DNA of 64,000 nucleotides. It comes from the human T2T-CHM13v2.0 reference genome, Homo sapiens. The notes below the pieces were generated by a model. The model made no database searches and was not told the DNA's origin. It saw only the letters and a program-made list of their open reading frames with translations. Positions within the stretch are counted from its first letter, which is position 1. Each line of letters opens with the position of its first letter. The position numbers and the translations under genes are program-made. Below are positions 39,240-52,606 of this stretch, piece after piece. The DNA lies in the NCBI RefSeq assembly GCF_009914755.1, contig NC_060947.1; one strand, 5' to 3'.

Positions 39240-41202
39240 GACACTGAGGCACAGAGAGGTTTTATTTAGCTGTTGAATTCCCTGACAAGCACAGAGACAG
39301 ATTAGTGTACAGGATATTATTTAGAGAGCCCTTGGCCTTTATATCCCTGAATCAGTCATTTGACACCCAGTTCTTGATTTCAGTTCCAAAGTTATTTCAA
39401 CCACTCTCATCATCAAGCCATTCTGAAAGGGAGAAAGGTTTTCTTAAAAATGATCATGGAGAAGAAGTAGAAAAAAATGAGCTCTGGAGTTGGACAAAGC
39501 TGGCTCCAAATCCTGCAATTTCCTCTTACTAGCTGTTTAACTCTGAAAAAGCTTTTAAGTTTTTGGAGGTTCAGTATCCCTTTTTTTTTAAAATGGTGAT
39601 AAGAATACTTAGCTTGTAAGGTATTTTGGAAGTCAAATACAATCATTTATATTAAGCAACTTGCATAGGTACCTGGCACAGAGTAGGTGCTAAATAAATG
39701 GAAATTATTGTGATAATTAGGTAAATTATTGTCCTTGGTGCCTGGCTTTCTCATTTGTAAGGTGGAATGAATAAGAGCAAACAAGAGCTACCCAGAAAGG
39801 TAAATGACATTACATCTTTTGTATTATCCAATACACAGTAGATACTCAGAATTTACTCCAATGAATGCATGTTAAAAGGATTTGTACAGACACAACACTC
39901 TTACTTTCAAAGAGCAGAGGAACATTTTATATAGTGAACACATACACACTGTGGCAATGTAAAACTACTTAAGGAAGGAAAAATATCCCCCTCCCCAGCC
40001 AGGTACTGAGACCTGGGGCTAAAATTTTTTGTCAGTCAGCCCCCATCCCCATCCCTTATCTTCGAGTGACCTTACCAGGAAACCTGGCTTTGGTGGAAAG
40101 GAGAGCTGTGGGGCTTGGGGAGCCTGATGCCTTTTCTTTTGGGAGGAAAGGCCACCTGCACAATCCACAGGACAGGAGTGGCCAGCAGCTATCCTGAGCT
40201 GAGGCTCCAGAAGAGTTCAGATCCAAGAGAGCAAGGGATGAATGGAAGGAAAGTCCCACCCACCTTCATGTGTAAAGTGATTGGCATTTACTCAAATCTA
40301 AATCTACTCCTCTCCTCCCTGCAATATACCATTGAGCATGTGCCAGAGTAATGGTTCTGAACAAAAGCCAACACAGATGTCAGCCTGGGGGCACTCTCAG
40401 CCTAAGGAAGCCCCTACAGCCGAGCCCTCAGCCCTAATGACTTAGGCAGTAGGTTAGGCAGGAGATGTAGAGTTGGTCTGGCTCACTGATTTCACTGTGG
40501 AAATCTTCTACTAGAATTTGCAAAGACTAGATATTGGGGAAAGGTTCATTGATCTTAAGATCCCAAGACACACAGCCTAGTACCTAAGAATTTTAGTATA
40601 TGTGGGAGACAGAAGTGGAGAAAGCTAAAGAATTACAGCCATGCCTCCCAAATGATTATGAAAAGGAGGGCTTGTCCAAGCTACCTCTGGGCCTTAAGGA
40701 TGAGATGAGGGTAGGAGTAGGGGGATACATGCACCCAGCCTGTTGGAGAATCCAACATGAAGACTATTGTCCCTTGAGAACCTAAGGCAAAAGTACAAGG
40801 AGGGGAAATACTGGGTCCTTTACCTGAAACAAGATATGGGCCTCCCCTGCCCCTCAGACCCTACAGCTCCTTAGGCTCCAGGCCTCAGGCACAAGAGATA
40901 GAGAATCATATCTGAGCCTTTTGCCCTTCCCTTAGCTCCAAACAAGGGCAGGGGTTGAAATGTGAGTGGGAGAGAAGGGATCATCAGACACACTGTTTAG
41001 CACCTGAACCACATCTCTTCCTAAACCAGAAATCCCAAGAGCAGAAAGAAATAGGAGCAAAGTGAGAGAGGGGTTGTGCTTCCATCACATTAAATAGGAG
41101 ACTTCGTGGGGTTGGGCAAGGGTTGTTTCACATCAGGACATCAATGACTCTGGTCAAGGTGAGGGGTTATAATTAGCAAAGCTTCATGTGCTCTCCCTTT
41201 CT
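39240..41202 (-). other. ZC4H2: ZC4H2 3' UTR (extent inferred)
   Basis: Largely repeat-poor sequence after the stop. Minus-strand AATAAA at 39266-39261; a variant AGTAAA at 39857-39852 could end a shorter UTR. Confidence 0.6.
39261..39266 (-). terminator. Candidate distal poly(A) signal AATAAA of ZC4H2
   Basis: tttatt on the plus strand about 1.94 kb past the stop, at the edge of a MIR fragment. Confidence 0.5.
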
Positions 41203-41343
<141 letters not shown>

Positions 41344-41630
41344 TTAGTAGTCAGATTCTTCCAGGCAACAACTTAGACTTCTGATTCCCCAGGGGCCCAG
41401 AAAGCAAAGTGATTTCCCATCAGAAGAGAGCAATAATCAGTGAGTAGACTCAAGTATTCTTGGATGCCATGGAAGATGGGAAGGAAGGACATAACCCAGT
41501 TCAGAGAATGGTGTTGAGAAAAAGTATACAAAACTAGAAAGTAAGGCAAAATGAGAACTACACATCTTTTCGTCATTATAATGAAGCATTGTCTAACAGG
41601 CCCACTTAAGGACTATTTAATTTTCTAGAA

Positions 41631-41872
41631 CAGGGGTCAACAAACATTTTCTGTAAAGGCCAGGACAGCAAATACTTTAGACTTTTTACATCATATAAAC
41701 TTGCTGCAACTACTCAATTCTGTTTTGCATGAAAGAAGTGATAGACAATAGCTTGCATGCATGTTGTTTGCAATAGCTTGCAAACACAGACATGCATGTG
41801 GGCCAATAAAACTTTAACGAAAACAGGGAACAGATTAGATTTGACCTGTAGGCTGTAATTTGATGACCCCTG
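41631..41872. mobile_element. MER58A hAT MITE in ZC4H2 intron 4
   Basis: Terminal inverted repeats caggggtcaacaaac / tttgatgacccctg; 8 bp TSD ttctagaa / ctctagaa. Confidence 0.8.
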
Positions 41873-42395
41873 CTCTAGAAGAATGTCTCTTTGTTTGACT
41901 ATTTACCAATTGATTAGGACCCAGGCTCTGTGATGTTACACTGATAAGCTGCAAATGGCTTTTGCCCAGTAGAGATGCAAATTACTTCTGTTTGGAAGAA
42001 AAAGTAACTATAAAGTTACAGTTTTATTGTCCTGTGGGATGTAAACCAGTTTTGCATCTAACTTTGCAAATTTGTTTCAGCCTTCCTCTCCTTTCTTGAC
42101 TATATAGATATTTGTTCCAAATGCTCCTGGAACCAGCTTTATAATCCTGCTGGTTCCCTCATTTATGATACATGCTCATTACATCTTTGTGTAAGAGTCA
42201 TTTCTAACTTTTAGAATTGCACTCTAGCAGGGCCTGAAAATCTCCCTGCATTCTAACACCTCTGGGAACATGGGGCAACAAAACCTGTGCTGTGTGTGTC
42301 CAACACAGCACACCCATGTCACCCCTTCCACTGTGTCACAAGCAAAGGCCATTAAAAGAAGGCCCAGCATAAATAAAGCCAAAGACCCAGAACTA

Positions 42396-42683
<288 letters not shown>

Positions 42684-43499
42684 TTAAAGACTCCATGCCA
42701 TACAACCAAGGGTTGAGCTGTGGCTCATTCTAGAAGGTCCCCACACCTTCCCAAGCACAAGGCTATTGTCCCTGGGTACTAGGCCCAATGTCTGATGAGA
42801 AGGGTAATCCTCTTTGTCCTTAGCTCTGATAGGCCAAGAAGACCAAGAAATCTTAGGGCTAGCAAGATCCTTAAAGGGTATTCAGTCCTATCTGCTATCT
42901 CATGCTCTTTTGAGTATTCCTATTAAGTGTCCTAAGGCCTCTGGTGACATATCTCTAAGAGTAGGAAGCTCACAAACTCCACAGACACCTTGCTCTACCT
43001 TTAGGAAATGATTTCCTCTACCAGGTCAAATTCTGTCTCTCTGCAAGGCAAGCCTAGTTCTTAACTCTGAGCCAGGAGATGAAGTAAGTCCCAGGCCACT
43101 TCCTGAAGACCAGGAAAGCTCAGTCTTTTTTGTTTTTAGAGGTTTCTAGATATCGCCTTCTAGACCCTGACTTGGGAAATGATCTCTTAAGAGTTATAGA
43201 CATAGTCTTGTATTGTCAATATCACACAAAGAATTTAAAAAGCCACCTAGTAGTTGTTCTAATTCATCTAGTAATTCATCCAGTTTAATAATCCTCCTTC
43301 TGTTTTAACAAGCTGGCACAGAGACTTGCCCAAGATCACACAGTGAGTAAGCCACTGAAAGGCCTGGGACTAAAACTAGGCACTCTGACTTTCAGGCTAG
43401 GCTTTGTGTATGTATACCTGCCCGTGTGTGTGTAGGTATGTAAGTATGTATGTGGGTCGGAGGGAGGGTATGTTGTAGGGACTGGGGGCAGGTAGCTTA

Positions 43500-43730
<231 letters not shown>

Positions 43731-44152
43731 CTATAGCTGAGTGAATAATAGCACAAGCTCCAGAACTTGTTCAGTCTATATTCAAGTCCTTGATCTCCCA
43801 TGCCCTCTCCATGTAACTCTGGTCAAGTCTCAGTTTCTTCATCGGTATAATGGTGATATTCTAGTGCTTAACTCATGCAATCTTGGTGAAGATGTAATGA
43901 TAGGATTCATATAAAGCACTCAGTAAATGGGCTAAATTAATATTTACTGCTAAATAAATGGTATTGTTCAAATATAGTATCTTAGAGCTGGAATGTCCTT
44001 CAGAGCTCATTTAGTCCACCTTACTCCCATTTTATAGAAAACTGAGGCTCAAAGAGAAAAAGGGACTTTCCTGGGGAAATACTTCTTAGTATCAAATCCT
44101 GCATAAAGACTTAGGGCTTCCGCCTCCCAGGCCAGCAGTCTTTTCTCCTAGA

Positions 44153-44334
44153 TCAGTGATTCTCAAAATGTGGCCAAGGGATCAGCAGCATCAGCATCAC
44201 CTGGGAACTCAGAAATGCATATTCTTAGGTTCACCTCAGACATACAAAATCAGAAAATCAGGGGTGGAGTCTAGCAATATGTGTCTTAGGCTCTCAAAGT
44301 GGCTTTGATGCATGCTCAAGTTTGAGATCCACTG
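44153..44334. mobile_element. MER5A
   Basis: cagtgattctcaaa...cagcagcatcagcatcacctgggaact...tttgagatccactg. Confidence 0.78.
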
Positions 44335-45164
44335 GCTTATATTCTTAGCCCTTCTGGCAAATATCTTCCTCATTTAACTGGCCCTGTATCATTGGTTAGC
44401 TGGCAGCCAAACTGTCAACACTTTATGAGATCTAGAATTCTGCGATCTCTAACACAGAAAATCCCAATTGCTTACTGTCCAAACCTCATTCATATTTCCT
44501 TTATGATCCTAGGTCTGACAACATCAGAAAATGAGTATTGCCACAGAAATGAGTTTTCCAGAAATATAAACTTAGTTCCTTTGAAAGTAAATTTTAAAAA
44601 TATATTCTTCATGGTTATGGGTGATAAGGGTTTGAAAAGACCTTACTGGTCAGCACTGCCAACCTCCTTCCTTGTGAAGGAATCATCAGTACAGTAGCTC
44701 ATACAAGTGTCCATTAAGATGCTGCTTGAATAATTCCAAAGAGGGGAGCTTACCACCTTAGCAGACAGTTCATATTCTGTGTTCCAAGAGTTTCCAAAGG
44801 ATATATCAATGAGGAAGCTCCACTTTGGTAGCAGGCAGAAATGATTTGTTTGGTCTGACTGAAAGCTTGGAGTGCTTTAAACTACATTCCAGAGGCAGCT
44901 GCCTGCTCTGCTTTTCCCCAAGGCTAGCTCTCAACTCCCAGAATCCCAGAATGAGAGCACATCAAATCAGTACATTTAGAGGGTACTGAGTCCCCCTTAT
45001 AGTGCAGAGAGGGAAAATGAGGCCCAGAGAGAAGGGACTTGTCCAGTGATATATAGTCAGTTAGTGACAGAGCCAGGGCTGGATCTCAGAACTCCTGAAT
45101 TCTTCTGCTCTACCACAGCCTGCACTGATGCCTGCTCCCCGAGCTAGGCCTAAGCCACATCTCA

Positions 45165-45482
<318 letters not shown>

Positions 45483-45496
45483 CTAAGCCATCTTTA

Positions 45497-45871
<375 letters not shown>

Positions 45872-46116
45872 AGTTAGGAGATGTTTCCCTCTAAAAGCTC
45901 AGTGGGTCTCGAATGGGGTTAATTTTGTTCCCTTATGGGGCATTTGCAAATATGGAGTGTTTTGGCTGTTAGATTGACTCAAGGAAATGTGTTACTGGCA
46001 TTTAGTGGACATGGGCCAGAGATGCTAAATAGCCTCTCAATGCCCAGGAAAGTCCTGAACACAAAGAACTCCCACCCAAGAAACCAAAAATGATCTCTTG
46101 AGAAACTCTAAGTAAG

Positions 46117-46318
46117 CACTGTCCAATAAACTTACTACAGTGATGGAAATGTTTTGTATCTGTGCTGTCCAGTATAATAGCCACTATGCACATATGGCTA
46201 CTGAGCACTTGTGATGTGGCCAGTGCTACTGAGGAACTGAGTTTTGAATTTTATTTAATCAAACTTAAAATTTAAACAGCCACGTGTGGCTACTGGCTGT
46301 CATATTAGACAGCACAAC
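46117..46318. mobile_element. MER3, preceded by a MER20-like fragment at ~45900-46105
   Basis: ctgtccaata...gtgatggaaatgtt...gtggctactggct...ttagacagcac. Confidence 0.72.
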
Positions 46319-47779
46319 TCTAGAGGGTGTGTTTATCAGTTCCAGAAAAGGAAGGGGAAAGGATATTATGGGTAATTTCTTTCTTAGAAAAAGAAAAACC
46401 TGGTTTTGGTCATTAAATCCCAATTGTATACCGTGTGGCTCAGGAATCCTATACTTGGGAATATATTTTAAGGAGGTAATTCAAGGAAGCAAAAAGTTAA
46501 TACACAGAGGTGTACTTTCTGGGCTTTCAGCAAAATTAGGATATTTGACAGCCACTGAAGACTTGTGACATAGAAAATGTTGAAGATAAGATACTCGCTG
46601 AAAAAGTGTACACACTAAGATTACAATTTCAAAACATACATGGATGTGACTAAATAAGAAAAAGATTTGGAAGAAACACAGTTTCAAGGGCCTTTAATAA
46701 CATAATTTGAAGCCTGCCTCTGGGAAAGGGCTACAAAGTTTTGAAAGGGGTACCCTCTAAGGCATGTTGTTGTCTTCCCACTGGCTCCCTACCATGCTTC
46801 TCAGGATCTGCCTAGCCATTATCCCCTTACTCAGATTTGTAGTCTCCTTTCTTCTCCCTCAGTAGCTGATCTTCCCCTCTGCCCCAGTCTATCCTATGGG
46901 TGATCCAACTCCACACACTGGACTCTGGCTTCTGCCATCAGCCTGCTTGTCTTCAGTCTCTCTTTTCTTGACATTGCCTGTGCCTCTTGCCTCAAGAGGT
47001 AGCCTTCAATGGCACAGAACTACAGAAAGAACTGTTAGGTGGGTAGGATGGTGGGAGAAGTTTCTCTTTCTATACTAAGAAAACATCTTTTCATGTTATT
47101 GTATTTTTTTTTTTTTTGTAACCTTAGAAATGGGTTAAAAGGTGGGTGTTATCCCATTTGTAGAGAAGGGAATTGAGTGAGGTTCAGGGTGGTAACTTGC
47201 CCAGTACCACAGAGCTAGTAAATTGGATGTTGGGATTTGAACCAGGGCTCTCTAACACCAAAGCCTACATACCATCCATACCATCCACTACTCTATATTG
47301 CCTTTGAACAGGGTTACCAGGCTGAAGGGCATAAAAACATCAAGGGTTCTTGTTATAGCTCATCAACTGTCTTGCAGAGGGAAGATACTGATTTGTATTG
47401 GTTAATTACTTATTTGCTTATATCCCCATCTATCTAGACTTCTATTCTCCTCCTTTTCTAGGTTACGTGAAGATAAACCTGAACTTTGCCTGCTCCTGTA
47501 ACCATTTTACCGATGGGAAAACTAAGATTCAGAGTAGTATAGTGTCTCACCCTAAGTGTCATACAACCAGTTAGGGCAGTGCTGGGCCAAGAACCTATTT
47601 CTGCAGACAAAGTCATATCATAAAAGAAGCATGCGCTTTAGACTCAGACTTCAATTATAAATCCTGGTTCTGCCTCTGATTAACTATTTGCTTTTGGACA
47701 ATAATAACAACTGTATTTTAACTATATTTATTGAGCACTTACTATGTATTAATTATAGAGGGTTTCAATATATATTCAG

Positions 47780-48370
47780 TCAATAATTATTTATTGAATA
47801 CTTATCATGTGCCAGGCATTCATTGTACTAGGTACTAGGGATAGAGCAGAGAACAAGACAGTATATAGACAGCAAGTTTCATCTAATGAAGAAAATCGAT
47901 CCTGAACACAAGGTTGTATGTAAAATCATATTAGTGGTAGGGAGGAGATGCAGAATGTGATAGAAGGATACAACAAAGGGACCTAACATAGTCTGAGGGA
48001 CACTATAGGGTAAAGGGGACAGTCAGAGGAGGCTTCCCTGAGAACTGAGGATGTGAAATCTAAGCTGAGACCTGAAGAATCAATAGGAGTTCGCTGGTGA
48101 GTGCAGGTGGGCACACAGGAGAACAGTCCAGACAAAAAGAATAGCATGAGTAATGGCCCCACAGAAGAAGAATATGGCACATTAAAGGAACTGAGTGAAG
48201 AGCAGTGTGGCTGGAGCACCTACTGCAAGAGGGAGAGGGGCCTAGATAAAACTAGGGAGGTTGACAGGCCCTAAAACATAGCTTGGAGAATGGGACGAGT
48301 TGGGACTTTTATCCTCAGTGGAAGGGGAATTTTATAATTTTAAGCACCGGAAGAGTGACGTTATCTGATC
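47780..48370 (-). mobile_element. L2 3' fragment
   Basis: tttattgaatacttatcatgtgccaggc...gtcagaggaggcttccctgag...gctgagacctgaag. Confidence 0.7.
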
Positions 48371-50137
48371 ATCTCACTTCACTTCCCTCAGCCTTGGCTT
48401 CCTCATCAGTAACACAGGAATAATAATAGCATCTACTTTACACATTATGTGGTGAGGATTAAATGAGCTAAGACATGTAAAGTCACCAAGCAGAGTATGT
48501 GGCACATGGTGGGCAGTCAACAAATGATAGGGTCCTTCTTTCTCCACTCTGCCCAACTCTTCCACCATGGATATCTCCTTCACCAGAGTGGTTTCCACTA
48601 CAGCAAATAGGGTTTGTGTGTGTGCACATGCATGAGTGGCCAGGTATATTGCTGGTTACTGAGATTAAAATAATAATCATTAGTGGGAGAATGGGAAGGG
48701 AATAAAGGTTGAAAAATTACCTATTGGGTACAATGTTCACTATTTGGGTGATGGGTACACTAGAAGCCCAAACCTCAATATTATGCAACATATTCATATA
48801 ACAAATGTACACATGTAGTCCCTGAATCTAAAATTAAAACATATATTAGCTAAAGCCACATAAAAATGTCAACATAAATAACAGCATTTTATGAAGCTGA
48901 CCCAAGCCTTCCCAATTTGTAATTAATTCGATTAAGATGAAAGTAACTACCACTAACTGAAATCAGGGGTAAGAGGGTATCTCCCATTGCCATTTAATAG
49001 AAATCAGCATAGTGCAGCTAGCCCTGCTTGGATGAGTCCCTTTTATGTAATCCTCCCTCCTCCCTCCATGCCTACTTCTGTTTACAGAAACCCATGTTAT
49101 TGGGCAAGAGACATTAATGCCAAAATAAACCAAAGATTTTTCACCTCATGTGTCCAGGGTCACAGTTAAGTGCTGACTTGACATGGAAAATCAAAGGCAC
49201 AAAGCCTTCCTCAAAGCACCAGTGGCATTTCCTCTCTCTGGGGTGAAGGGCTGCCACCAGCAAGATGGCAGCTTAATCCTTTGGGTACAAGGTACATAGC
49301 CACAATGTCTGCCTCCATCCAAGGTCTTTGGGAGCCTTTGTCTATTGCCTGCTGTGGCAAGAAATACCAAGGACCAAGACCCTGACTAAAGGGCAGAAGG
49401 GCCAAAACTCCTTGTTAGGAGAGGGAAATATGTTTACGAAGATAGGTTTCAGAAAGAGCCTCTATTTACTATTTGTAAAGTCAGTTTCTCTGAGGGAAGC
49501 CTGGTCCTTGCTTTAGTGGAGGGACAACAATGTCACTGCAGGCTTTGATGGTGCCATTAATATCTTTCAATAGTGGTGCATCAAGTGCAGGGCAGTAACA
49601 ACAGTCTACCCTGGGGTGAAGACAATAAGGGGGTATGCTGTGTGTAGAAAATTAAAATATAAAAATAAAACCAACTAAAGTTGGTCTACTCTTTATTACC
49701 ACCATGCAATGGCAATCTCAAACAATGTCTATTAAAGGACATCTAGACTCACTCTAATTTTTGGTAATTATGAATAAAGCCACTATGAATATCCATGTAC
49801 AAGTTTTATGGTAACCATAAGTTTTCATCCAAGAGTACAATTGCTGGGTTATATGATAATTGCACATTTAGCTTTTCAATAAACTGCCCAACTGTTCCAG
49901 AGTGTATCATTTCACATGCCCACCAGCAAAATATGAGTGATCCAGTCCCTCCACCTGGCCAACTATTTTATTTTAACTATCATAATAAATATGTAGTGAT
50001 ACTTCAAAGTGATCTTAATTTGCATTTCCCTAATGCCCATTGATGTTGAACACCTTTCCACATACTTATTTGCCATCCATATATCCTTTTCTATGAAATG
50101 TCTGCTCATGTCTTTGGTTCATTTTCTAACTGGATTA

Positions 50138-50371
50138 CCATTGACCCTTGAAGAACATGGGTTTGAACTGCATAGATTCACTTGTACATGGATTTTTTTC
50201 AACAAAATATGGATCAAAAATACAGTATTCACAGGATGTAATACCTGCATATATGGAGGGCTGACTTTTTGTATGCCCAGGGCTGACTGTAAGATTGAGT
50301 ATGGATATGTGCAAATTTTGGTACAGGTAGAGGCCTAGGACCAATCCCCTATATACACTGAGGGACAACCA
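50138..50371. mobile_element. MER8 (Tigger-derived) inside an old L1MC fragment (~49740-50545, minus strand)
   Basis: cattgacccttgaagaacatgggtttgaactgc...tgagggacaac. Confidence 0.72.
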
Positions 50372-50547
50372 TATTTGTTTTCTCACTGTTGAGTTTTAAT
50401 ATTTCTTTATATATTCTAGATTTGAGTATTTCCGCAGACATGTGGCTGAAAATATTTTCTCCCACGCAGTAGCTTGCCTTTTTGTCACCTTGAAAGGGTC
50501 TTTGGAAGAGTATTTAAATTTTTTTTAAAAGTCCAATTTATCAAATT

Positions 50548-51960
50548 TTTCTTTCTTTTTTTTATTATTATACTTTAAGTTCTGGGACACATGTGCAGAA
50601 CATGCAGGTTTGTTACATAGGTATACATATGCCATGGTGGTTTGCTGCACCGATCAACCCGTTATCTACATTAGGTATTTCTCCTAATGCTATCCCTACC
50701 CTAGCCCCCCACCCCGACAGGCCCCAGTGTGTGATGTTCCCCTCCCTGTGTCCATGTGTTCTTTTTGTTCAACTACCACTTATGAGTGAGAACATGTAGT
50801 GTTTAGTTTTCTGTTCCTGTGTTAGTTTGCTGACAATGGTGGTTTCCAGCTTCATCCATGTCCCTGCAAAGGACATAAACTCATCCATTTTTATGGCTGC
50901 ATAGTATTCCAAGGTGTATAAGTGCCACGTTTTCTTTATCCAGTCTATTACTGATGGGCATTTGGGTTGGTTCCAAGTCTTTGCTATTGTGAACTGTGTT
51001 GCAATAAACATATGTGTGCATGTGTCTTTATAGTACAATGATTTATAATCCTTTGGGTATATATCCAGTAATGGAATTGCTGGGTCAAATGGTATTTCTG
51101 GTTCTAGATCCTTGAGGAATCACCACACTGTCTTCCACAATGGTTGAACTAATTTACACTTCCACCAACAGTGTAAACACATTCCTATTTCTCCACATAA
51201 TCAGCATCTGTTGTTTACAGACTTTTTAATGATCACCATTCTAACTGGTGTGAGATAGTATCTCATTTTGGTTTCGATTTGGATTTCTCTAATGACCAGT
51301 GATGATGAGCTTTTTTCATATGTTTGACGGCCACTTAAGTGTCTTCTTTTGAGAAGTGTCTGTTCATATCCTTCACCCACTTTTTGATGGGGTTCTTTCT
51401 TTTATTCTTGTAAATTTGTTTAAGTTCCTTGTAGATTCTGGATATTAGACTTTTGTCAGATGGATAGATTGCAAAAATTTTTTCTGTAGTTTGCCTGTTC
51501 ACTCTGATGATAGTTTTTTTCGCTATGCAGAAGCTCTTTAGTTTAATTACATCCCATTTGTCAATTTTGGCTTTTGTTGCCATTTCTTTTGGTGTTTTAG
51601 TCATGAAGTCTTTGCCCATGCCTATGTCCTGAATGGTATTGCCTAGGTTTTCTTCTAGGAATTTTATGGTTTTAGGTCTTACATTTAAGTCTGTAATCAA
51701 TCTTGAGTTAATTTTTGTATAAGGTGTAAAGAAGGTGTCCTGTTTAATTTTTCTGCTTATGGCTAGCCAGTTTTCCCAACACCATTTATTAAATAGGGAA
51801 TCCTTTCCACATCACTTGTTTTTGTCAGGTTTGTCAAAGATCAGATGGTTGTAGATTTGTGGCATTAAATCCAAGGACTCTGTTCTGTTCCATTGGTCTA
51901 TATATCTGTTTTGGTACTAGTACCATGCTGTTTTGGTTACTGCAGACTTGTAGTATAGTA
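50548..51960 (-). mobile_element. 5'-truncated L1PA7/8-like element
   Basis: Poly(T), then ttatactttaagttctggg... and ORF2 C-terminal fragments on the minus strand. Confidence 0.92.
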
Positions 51961-52045
51961 TAGTGATGTTAAGCGGGTTTTTCATATGATTATTAGCCAT
52001 TTCTATATCTTCTTTTGAGAATTTCCTATTCATGTCCTTTGCCTG

Positions 52046-52321
52046 CTTTCTCCTTCTTCTTCTTCTTCTTCTTCTTCTTCTTCTTCCTTCTTCTTCTTCC
52101 TCCTCCTCTTCTTCTTCTCCTCCTCCTCCCCCTCCTCCTCCTCTTCTTCTTCTCCTTCTCCTTCTTCTTCTTTTCTTCTTCTTTTCTTCTTCTCTTCTTC
52201 TTCTTTTTCTTCTCCTTCTTCTTCTCCTTCTTCTTCTTCTCTTCCTCCTCCTCCTTCTCCTCCTCCTCCTTCTCCTTCTTCTCCTTCTTTTCTTCTCTTT
52301 CTCCTTCTTTTTTTTTTTTTT
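52046..52321. repeat. 276 nt pure polypyrimidine/polypurine tract including (TTC)11
   Basis: Only C/T on the plus strand; (TTC)11 at 52054-52086. It forms the tail of the adjacent Alu. Confidence 0.97.
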
Positions 52322-52606
<285 letters not shown>

